A stretch of 59,289 bases of DNA, the filler included, from Sphacelaria rigidula (taxonomy: Eukaryota), in the NCBI GenBank assembly GCA_964200075.2. It is 10 parts of 10 records of this genome, joined end to end, with 100 filler letters (N's around TTAATTAATTAA, not from the genome) between each part and the next. Parts side by side here need not be neighbours in the genome. Positions count along the whole stretch, not along the records: positions 47,513 to 53,351 come from CAXNAA020024066.1; positions 53,452 to 59,289 come from CAXNAA020024067.1; 8 more parts are not named here. One strand, given 5' to 3'. Within the stretch, counting starts at the first letter, position 1. Each line of letters begins with the position of its first letter. The translations under genes and the position numbers were made by a program. Positions 49,748 through 59,289 of the stretch are shown here, piece after piece. The notes beneath the pieces are model-generated. The model saw only the letters and a program-made list of their open reading frames with translations. It was not told the DNA's origin and did not search any database.

Positions 49748-52490
49748 CTAAGCTCCCTCCCCTTCGGCTCTGACGTAAATCATGAATGCTTGTGGTTTCC
49801 CACGACCCACTCTTTGAATTTGCAGGGGGCTTGCTCCTTGCGCTGCTAGTGTAGTAGCTCCCCCAATCGTACCCGAGTGGAGGGCGTACTGCCCGGGGTC
49901 TCTTCCTGTGCGACTGACTAACTGACGCAGGGCCGCGGTAGCTTCATTGGCGCGTGATAAACCTCCACCCCCTTTCATTCCAGGTCTGCAGCAGTGGCGC
50001 TTGTGCGCCTAGGCTAGGGTGATAATCGATTCATTCAAGTAGTAGTTTTAGTGCGCCGCTGATCTGTTGGTCGTGCACTTCCTGTTGCCCCACCGTAATC
50101 CTTTTTCTAGATATTACTATGCCCTGGCGCTTTTGGTCTGCCTTGGAAGCCTTGAACGTAAATCCCACAGTGTCCTCTTCTCTCGTGGCTACCCCCTCAA
50201 GTTGAACAGAACCTTGTAAACAAATCAGGTCGCCTCTGGTGAGGAAAAATTCAGAATGTACTAAGGCGTTGTTGCACGCCCAGATTTTCGCCGCTCTACA
50301 TAGTAGTAGAAAATACGACAGTGCCAAACCGATCCACTTGATGCGCTCTTCACGCGACTCCGTACTTCTTGACAGATTCGCATTCAAGACGTCTATCGTT
50401 AGGGGTTTCCTCACTCTCCTCTCGACGTCACCCTTTCCGTGCATCCGGTCAATGCCCTTGTATACCGCGGTTAACATACAGGGACGAGTGGGTAGCTCCC
50501 ACCCCGTGAACATATTCTGAAAGTATCGAATTGCAGAAGAATATGATCGTACAGTTGAGATCTTGATTCCGTGGCAGAAAACCCCACTCGCCATGTACGT
50601 AGTGAGGGAGGTCACCGCGGCCAGCTCTCCGTCTTCCTCTCGTAAGGGTGCATGCTCCCCCCGAGCTTCTCTCCATTATACCCATGTCTCGAATTTGTCT
50701 CATGTAGCCCTTCTTGGTACTGCTACCTACTGAAGCGAGGGCTACTGCTCGTACAAGCTCTTGCTTGTCGTGTACGTGACCGTGTCGTTCTCCTGGCGAG
50801 TATCGAGAAATTATGGGGAAAGGAAATTATGGTGCCGGATGGGGCGATTTGGTACTTTTACTTCATTTCTTCATTGATAACTGAACACAACTCATCGTCT
50901 AGCCGTCTTTTCGGCAGCGGTTCTTGAAAAACCACGTCGAATTTAGTTTTTCCCCGGAGACCGATGTCGAAATATTTCCAGCCCCGTTCTCCGGTCAATT
51001 GAGTGATCTGACTTGGAACTGTTTCGCGGGCCATCTCGAAATTCCGTCGGCCAAAACGTTATTATAACCTCGAATGTGTTTTGCTACTTGACACCATCCC
51101 GATGCAATTTCAATCCGACCCATCATTCTCATGAGGAGACCAGCACGGTTCTCTCGAGAACCCCCACACCGGTTCACCCACGAGACGGCTGAGCCGTTGT
51201 CGCCCCGCATCAAAACAAAAGGGGTTCTCCTGGCTCGATGGTATTGCCCTTGAAGAACATCCGGATAACACACGCCGCCATGATCATGCCGTACAGCTCT
51301 GAAAGATTGATCGTGATGGCACAGTTTCCCCTGACTTTTGCCCTTTCGGACTAGGTCGGGTGTAAGGGCAGGGGAAAGGGGGTATCGCGAAAATATCTTC
51401 AATTCTGGACAGTGTCCTCCAACAGCGCCGAAGCTGACGTCCGAAAAATAGCGTCATGAAGCCGGGCGATCCACCTGGGAAAACAGAGAGGCACTGAGCG
51501 CTTCCCCTTGGTCAAGTAGTTGATGATCAATCGCCCACTTCCAAAAGGAGGTATCACCGTGGAATTCCCACGCAAGCTTCGGTTGTATTCTTTTTTTCGT
51601 GTTTTCTGCGGCCGGCTTGATGTAGACCGGATACTCGCGAGGGCTGCGAAGCAAAATATTTTCCTGCTCCGACACCGTAGGTGAGGTTCCATATCGTTTC
51701 GGCTATGCCCAGTATGGCGGCAACGGAAGCATGTGATCTGTCGCTGGGCCATCCGTTTTCCGACGACTCGCCGATGTTTTGGATATTTCCGATGGGTACG
51801 GAAATAGGCATACTGTGGGTGTTGATCGTGTACCCCAATGCCTCCACGGTGGTATCCCAGTCAGTATTAAAACTGGGTGCTAGGATTGGAGTTTCACCAA
51901 ATTCGCCTGGTCCGAATAATCTCGGGTGGTCGGACGCGAGAGAGGTAGATGCTTAGAGCTCGAAAATGGTTTGTTTCACCATTCACCAGTTGAACGGTTA
52001 CGCGTAGCGCACTCATTAACCAGTTAAATGGCACATAATGGTTTGGTCATCGAGCGGCGCAGCCGCGAGCCAAAAAGCCCCCCCCCCCCCCCGGCAGAGG
52101 GGGCCCCGCCGAACCCCACTGGAGGCCCCGTGCGAGAGGCACGTTTTTACGCGATTTGGCTTCACTAGAGCTAAAACACGACTCAAATTTGGGGCAATTT
52201 TCAAGGGGCGTATGTAGCATACGTCGCCGGTAACGGTAAATAATTATTTGAAACGATTATCCATTTTTTTCATATAACCATCACCATTATTACCATTATG
52301 ATGATAGTGGCTAGTTATAACTGGTACCATTTCCCAGCTCTGTAGATGCTAGTAACGCCGGCTGGTCACCTTCGTCATGTTGTATTTTTGCTAATATGAA
52401 GTCATCCACGTAAACCACGGCAAAGAAGGGCCACCCTTCGATGGGACCACCCCGATATTTGGTGGGACTGGTGTGGGCGAACCCACCTTT
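49748..52490 (-). mobile_element. Degenerate DIRS/Ngaro-type tyrosine-recombinase retrotransposon (RT, RNase H, YR)
   Basis: RT FFAVVYVDDFIL...EALGYTINT; RNase H RGDNGSAVSWVN...HIRGYNNVLADGISR; YR SYFLLLCR...FKASKADQ...YALHSGTIGGAT...GRGKPQAFMIYVR. Confidence 0.92.
51954..52342. mobile_element. hAT-family MITE with 8-bp TSD TAGATGCT inserted in the YR-element RT
   Basis: TIR (T/C)AGAGCT.G.AAATGGT; TAGATGCT at 51946-51953 and 52343-52350; removal rejoins ...LLAST-SLASDH.... Confidence 0.88.
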
Positions 52491-53451
52491 GCGCCTCCCG
52501 CGGCGGCGGCCGTTGCTCCCGCTACGTCTAGGTGGACTTCGTCGTGCTTTGGGAACATGCACTTCGCGCCCCGCGTACAGCGCAGACCCTGCCAGTTCCG
52601 AAGGCAAACGCCCGTGGGCGGGACCCACGAGGAGATTCCCTCGGAAAGATTTGTGAACGGAGCCACGAGGCCTGCGGGGATGTCTGCGCGGAATAGCGTG
52701 TCTTCTTGCTCTGGTTCGGGGCAGGTGCTGGTGGGATTGTTGCTGCTTGTTGTTTCCTTCTTGGCGGTGGGGACTTGGGCTCGAGTCCCATCCGCTGCCG
52801 ACCGACCAGGTCAAGAGGATATCCGGGTTTGATAATTTGTTAACTCGCGCGAACGCGGGGGGTGGGCAGATGCCGCCGTCGTTGTGGTCAGGCGGGGCAA
52901 GTGGGGACGCCTGCCGCAGAGACGTCGCTAACCCGGTCGATGTCGTTCATCCATTCCTTGAAGTCGCTGTTGGCGTCTTCGATGGAGAATTCGCGAGACC
53001 ACTCCGCGTGCTCCTGGAGTTGCGCCATGTGCGCTATGACGAAGCGGTTCACCCTTTCGGCCAGGCCATCCAGTTCTGCGATGGTGTTGTTCTGTCGGCT
53101 TTCGGCCAGCGGTGACGACCCGACTGCGCCGCCCCTGATTACGGCAACCGGAGCTTGAACGGTGTAGGCGAAATGTACTCCTCGTCGTGACGACGAATGA
53201 GACCAACCCGTTGGTATCGGGCCCGATACCAACGGAGCCGTGGCTGTCTCTGGAAGTGGCAATACCAGAAATAAAGCAACTCGTTCTAGGCTGTCATCCA
53301 AAATTCAAGATAATCAGTAGGCCTCGGGCCGAACAATCTTAGCAGGATGCANNNNNNNNNNNNNNNNNNNNNNNNNNNNNNNNNNNNNNNNNNNNTTAAT
53401 TAATTAANNNNNNNNNNNNNNNNNNNNNNNNNNNNNNNNNNNNNNNNNNNN

Positions 53452-54210
53452 GGGAAGATGGCTTCGCTCGGTCGGTAGTGTTTCGGGTCTTCCGTGCAAG
53501 AGAGAAATGCCACTTCGACCCCATATTTTGTATGAACCCCAAAAATTATAATCGGCTGTTAATTGTTTCTGGGTGTCGGATCCCATACGCTGATAAGGGT
53601 GCAGTATGCGGGATATGCCCAGCTATGACGCTGTTCGTAAGTAATCTATTTTTGCCCAATTTCCGGATGAAGTGTAGGGCAAAGTGAAGATATATTTCGA
53701 ACTTCTCCTGCTGTTCAAATTCCAAATCTGTCAGTGTGCATGGGATTCGCGCAGCAGAAAAAGCTGTTCGAAATAGATCCTTTTTTCGTCAATTTGAATT
53801 GGCGAGAAAAGGATCCATTTTTAATAGGTTCTTCTGCTGTTCGAAATAAATCATTTTTTGCCCAACTAAATTGGGCGAAAAAAGGATCTGTTTCGAATAG
53901 CTTCTCCTGCTGTCCGAGATCAATTCCTTTTTGCCCGATTTGAATCGGGCAAGAAGAATATTTATCTCGGACACCAGGAGAAGCGATTTAAAAAAAAGAA
54001 GAAAAAACAGCTCATATACCAAAATAGTTTGGAATTTTCGAAGTTGGGAAGGCCTCTCCACAGGGTTGCTTGCAGGGTTTCGACAAAAACGCTATGCAAA
54101 ATGCTATGACAGGTACTAGGGTTTGCTAAAAATGCTGCACAGGGGTTTTCACAAAGACCGTGGAGAACCCTGTGCAGCTCGTCCTACAGGGTGCTATTTG
54201 TCCACGAGTG
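53452..54210. mobile_element. Right part of a second CACTA-like copy
   Basis: Homologous to about 38000-39178; ends CAGGGTGCTATTTGTCCACGAGTG (TIR CACTCGTGGACAAATAGCACCCTG). Confidence 0.8.
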
Positions 54211-55339
54211 CTATCCTCGGCTCCACCGCTCGGTAATTCCCGTCACCGATCCTTGCAAGCTGGCGACATTCCCCTTCACTTCTGATGTTTCAATCGGAGA
54301 CGACGTGTCTCCCACGAAAGCTGAGTGTGTCTCCGCGGTGGTGATCCAGTCTGCCATCTTTACTTAGGCCACAGAGCTCCCGAGTTGGGTAGGGCGCTAG
54401 AGTGTTTGTAGCTTCGTGACTTCCGTGAGAGGATGGGGTGCAGACTCGACTGCGATAGTCGATCAGTGGACACGGCTGACCACCGATCAGAGTGTGGTGA
54501 AATGTATATAAAGCTCCGTTGGATGAAAAGGAAAGAAGGGGGGGAGAGCGAGCCTCGTAGGGGGCTACGATCTCAAGATGGCAAACACACGCACTCACGT
54601 ATGTCCAGTCACTACGATCACAGTATAAAGTCATCCCGCGTAGTACCCGGAACTCAAATAGGTATGCCACTAGACTACTGTACCTTATCCTGAGAAGGTG
54701 TATCTTACTGACTACCCCGGCCATCCCACGAATACATTTGTCAGGTAAAGATGCGAAACCCTCCGTGCAAAGCACTCACGCCATCTATGGCATTCTTTCG
54801 CCATATTCTTTCGGGGATCGACCCGTTGGGCTCCGTTGGGGTCTCTGCAACAGTTCCAGAACAATCATATGTGAGACATCATTGTCGACCTTTTTTTCTG
54901 TTGTTCCGTGAGGTAGCGATCAGCTAGACATCCCGATGAAGTCTGGTTTGTGTGAGGGAGAGTTTCTGCAGGTCGCAGAAAGATGCGGCGGGGATGTTCT
55001 AGGTCCTGTGATCTGTCGTTTGGTGGCTTGGAGGATGAATTTTGGGGGGCGGAGAGTGGTCACCAGAAGAAGGTATACTTTGGCAAAAATGAGGTCTAGC
55101 CATGAAAATTAGAGGGTCTAGGATACAAATAGTATATATAACAGTGGACCGTCCCACTCCGTCCTCGGGCTGAACGAGGCCCACTGTGCAGCTTGTCACT
55201 CGCGGCACTGTTTGGTTCGTCGGCGCGCCCGAAAGTTCATGAAAATCGACTCCCATCCCGTGCTCTGCCTAGGCCGTGATCGGCTTGTCTTCGCGTTAGG
55301 ATTGCAATTCGACCGATATCAGAGGATCACAGAACAGGC

Positions 55340-57945
55340 GATCCTCAAAAATGGGGTTGAACACAAAAATGAGGTTCAAGTGGCGTGACTAAGTTGCAGG
55401 CCAAGTGCGAAACAGTTACACCAATAAGGGAAATCATCTTCCCCCCAAAGCAATTTGCCGCAGTTTAGAAGTTGTGGCTTGGTGCCCCGAACGACTACGG
55501 TGTACACGCGTGTCGATGACCATACCACCGGAGGAGCAACAACGGCAGAGAGGAAGCTCCTCGCCCGTGTCCTTTGTGTGTCCTCGTTCGACGATTCCCA
55601 ATCGCTCGAGATATTGACATCATGTTATCAGCATGTACCCAATTTTCCATATGCCGATAGGCAGGATATTGCTGCACAGCTCTCCAAAGAATGTCGAGGT
55701 CCCGAGGGCTGTCGTCTCTTCTTGTCTGTGGAGCTGACCAATGCAAACATCGAGTCCTCTCCGCCTCTCTTTTTGGACAGGACGCGCCTCTGTGCGCTGC
55801 AGAACACGCGTCGTCGAAAAGCAGGGCGATGTTCTCGTCACCGCTACTGTTCTCTCACACACAAGAAAGCAAGGAAGGACGGTGCTGCGGCAATAACAGG
55901 TCCAACCGCAACTTGGGGGTGTTACTGTTACCGTTGATTTTACCCGACAGCTGCACTTGTGCGTGTACGACAGGGACAAGAGCGTGCCACATCCCACGCA
56001 GTTGGGGATGTTTGAGAGATCAAACACTTGTGGAGACATTTTTGTCATGCGAAGTCAAAAGAGATACCTATGGTGGTGACCTAACTGTTGCTGGCGTTAC
56101 GAATGGGGTGCCTCCATGCTGTAATCTGGAGCACCCGCTGCGTGTGTGTGGGTATCTTCCGACAATTCCCATGTGAGGAGGTCATTTATTCCAAGCTGGG
56201 GCGAAATGTATGGTTTCACGAGGAACAAGAGTGCTCTATGACCAATGAGACCCACGCCATCAATCACAGACCGCAAAGGTCTTCCCTAAGAATAGCTTTC
56301 AAGCAACGTTGGTGGCAGTACATCAGACAAACCCGGTCATAGCTAGCTTTTGTTGCTTTTTTGTACTGACTGTCTGTACAATCATCTTAGCAGAAAAATC
56401 GACAATGAAAAGACAACTCTATAAAATGAGGCTGTACGATGGAATGAGGTTCAGCCCCGAAACAGTGCTTTCCCCACACTTCTAACGATGGTGCCTAATG
56501 CCTTTTTTGTCAGCCTAATGCCCCTCGATCACGCATATATTTCTGCAGCTCATTTTATCGACTGTGTGAGCTTACAGCGATGAACGAAACCACCGTCGGT
56601 TCCCCTGATTTCACGCCGTCTAAGCTTCAGGGGGATAGACGGCTTCAGTCAGCGCTGTAAGCTCACGGAGTCGGTAAAATGCGCTGAAGAAGTATCTACG
56701 AGATCGAGAGGCATTAGGCTGACAAAAAAAGCCATCGGGAACCATCGCTGTAAGTGTGGGGAAAGCACTGTTTCGGGCTTGAACCTCCTTCCATCGTACA
56801 ACATCATTTTATAGGACTGCTAATGGTTGCACAATGGAATAGTTCCATTCTTCCAACTCATTCCACACAATCGAAAAGATTTCATAAGAGCTGCGGAAGG
56901 ACGCCTTCCCCGCTCCCCGCCAGGCACTGTCGTTGCATTTTATCATAGAGCACTCTTGTTCCTCATGAAACATATCTCGCCCCAGCTTGTAATGAATGAC
57001 CTCCTCACATGCGACCTCACATGGGAATTCTCGGAAGATACCGCGACACACATGTTTTCTTCAGGGAGTGTTTCAGTTTTGCTTTTCTTGGGTACGTCTG
57101 TCATGCGACCACGACTGGACCCCTGGGGGATCCGTTCAAGTGCGACAATCAATCAACCAAATCATAACACGCAGCGGGTGGGTGGGCGCTCCAGATTGCA
57201 GCGTGGAGGCATCTCCATGCGCCACGCCAGCAACAGTTACGTCGCCACTATAAATATATTTCAACACTCCGCATTACAAGAAGATCTCCACATGTGTTTG
57301 ATCTTTCATACATCCCTCCAACTGGTGTGTGGCGCGTTTTTGTCGTCGCGCACGCACAGGTACACATGTCAGGTAAAATCAACGATGACGATAACACCCC
57401 CCAAGTTGCGGTTGAATCTGTTTTTGCCGAAGCACCGTTCTTGCTGCACGATGGCATGTGTGTGGCAGAGAACAGTAGCGGTGACGGGAATATCGCCCTG
57501 TTTTTTAATGACGTGTTCTGCAGCGCACAGAGGCGCGTCCTATCCAAAAAGAGAGGCAAAGAGGAATCAATTTTTGCATTGAGAACAGACAAGAAGAGAC
57601 GACAGCCCTCGGCACCTCGATTCTTTGGGGAACTGTGGAGCAATAACCGGCCTACCAGCACATAGGAAATTGGGTACATGCTGGTAACATGCATGGTGCC
57701 AATCTTTCGAGCGACTGGGAATCGTCGAGCGAGGACACACAGAGAACACGGGCGAGGAGCTAGCTTCCTCTCTGTCGTTACTCCTCCGGTGGTATCGTCA
57801 TCCGTGTAGACGCACCAAGCCACAACTACTTAAGTGCCGTAGATTTGGGGGGGGGAGATGGTTTCCCTTGGTGTAACTGTTTCGCGCCATTCCTGAGAAA
57901 AAGTTATGCCGCTTGAACCCCATTTTAGTGTCCAACCCCAAAATG
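55340..57945. repeat. Composite fold-back structure of about 2.6 kb (outer arms about 0.9-1 kb, inner palindrome 56419-56813)
   Basis: 55340-56240 is the diverged reverse complement of 56945-57945; the inner arms of about 190 bp are also inverted. Confidence 0.85.
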
Positions 57946-59289
57946 TAGAATCGGCTGTTGACACGCGTGTACACCGTATTCGTTCGGTGCACCTAGCTAC
58001 ACCTGCTCAACTGCTACATATTTATTGGGGGGATGATACTTTCCCTCGGTGCAACAGCTTCGCACCATCATTCCTGAAAATGATGTATGCCATTTAAACC
58101 TCATTTCGTGCTCGACCCCATTTATGAGGATCGGTTGCCATCTCTCTCTCTTTTGTTCGCAAGATTTCCGCGAAAGAAACGCACGTCCTCAAGTCACTTG
58201 CGTGAAATTTATCGGCGGCCATACGCCCCAAATCGATTTCGGGCCCGTTCCGACAACGACAATTGTTTTCAGATCTCACGAACACGAACGTGTTGTTGGC
58301 ACTGTTTGGTCCTCAGGCACGCCCGAATGCTCCTGAAAGTTGACTCCCGTGTTTTGCATAGGTCGTGATCGACTTGCCTTCGCGTCAGGATTTAATTTCG
58401 ATCGATTTCAGAAGAGCGCGGACGAAGCCTGTACCTGTGTTTTGCCGAGACCCCTTTTCGGCCGACAAGGGCATGGGACGACCCACTTCGTCGATGGCCT
58501 ATCTGGGCCTATCCAATATTTTCAACGGGGCTCAACTCCGTATCGCCAGATGCAATGAGCCGGTTATTCGCCATCCTATACCACACATGGTTCCATTGCC
58601 GCGCGATGTCGCGACTATGAAAGAAGATGCTCAAGTTTCCACCAACAAGAAATACATCACACCCAACCACGGCTGAGTGTATCTATATCCCTGTGCCCAA
58701 CTCGTGCTATTTGCTGCAGGGTTGTGGTGGTATCTGGGAATAAGTGTTGTGGGGTTTGCATGATTCGAACTGTGAACGGCGGGTGACATATATCTTCGGG
58801 TGATGGTCTACACTATACAAGATTGCTGGGGTCCCAAAGGTGCCCTGGAGGCAGTTAGAACACAAATAATGTCGTCCAGAGGTTTAATGTAGTGCAAATT
58901 CGTGAGGTAAATTTATACTCTGCCTGGAGAGTATTGTTTCCGAAAAATTCCCCAGAGGCACCCTCAGTACAAATCATGTTCTCAAGGGAATAATGTCCCC
59001 CCCAGAGGATTCGTTTCATGACCGGAACTGGGGATGAAATACCCTGCAGAGGGTATTTTTATCCTCCGGAGGGTCACTTTACCCTCGAAAGGATGAGATT
59101 CGCGATAGAGGATTTTCAAACACAAGCCGAATGGCCGCGTGTGCACAGTAACAGATACTATCTGGACTTGTGTCCTCAGCATGAAACTTACTTCTTATAC
59201 CAGTATTAACAACAAATTGTGCGAATTGAGGTTTGATTCCGAGATGAGGTTCAAGCCTAAAACAGTGCTTTCCCCACACTTTCAGCGAT

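Noticed and set aside
49748..50615. Tyrosine recombinase as a phage or giant-virus integrase
   Set aside because: Collinear with RT and RNase H on the same strand, as in DIRS/Ngaro retroelements; no viral genes nearby.
5840..53451. Regular 5939-bp periodicity with a TTAATTAATTAA palindrome; apparent clustering of dynein, TPC, flippase and TPR genes
   Set aside because: Artificial linkers between size-sorted scaffolds; neighbouring pieces are not physically linked.
55455..57823. Paralogous-looking ORFs of 140-250 aa in the fold-back arms
   Set aside because: Frames shift between arms and no domain is recognisable; treated as non-coding repeat.

Overview
Eukaryotic DNA, most consistent with a brown alga (Phaeophyceae). 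That assignment is inferred from the intron-rich genes and the transposon types, not proven. The window is not one locus. It is ten unrelated pieces of about 5839 bp (1-5839, 5940-11778, 11879-17717, 17818-23656, 23757-29595, 29696-35534, 35635-41473, 41574-47412, 47513-53351, 53452-59289) joined by artificial 100-bp N...TTAATTAATTAA...N spacers, so no linkage can be inferred across spacers. Pieces 1-5 hold partial spliced genes: a Pro/Ala/Lys-rich protein with repeated F-x-x-(L/M/V)-F-G motifs, a TPR co-chaperone-like gene facing another gene's last exon, cytoplasmic dynein heavy chain (5 exons), a two-pore channel (2 exons) and a P4-ATPase flippase (2 exons, probable GC donor). Pieces 6-10 are nested transposon remains: Ty3/gypsy, Ty1/copia, a DIRS/Ngaro tyrosine-recombinase retroelement and a decayed zinc-finger ORF. 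Several small DNA elements have readable TIRs and target-site duplications (hAT-, CACTA-, Tc1/mariner- and Ginger-like). The most interesting signals are the sticker-and-spacer protein in piece 1, a TGT...ACA element whose ends are palindromic tRNA-like sequence, a retroposon tail family ending in poly(C), and a fold-back structure of about 2.6 kb.
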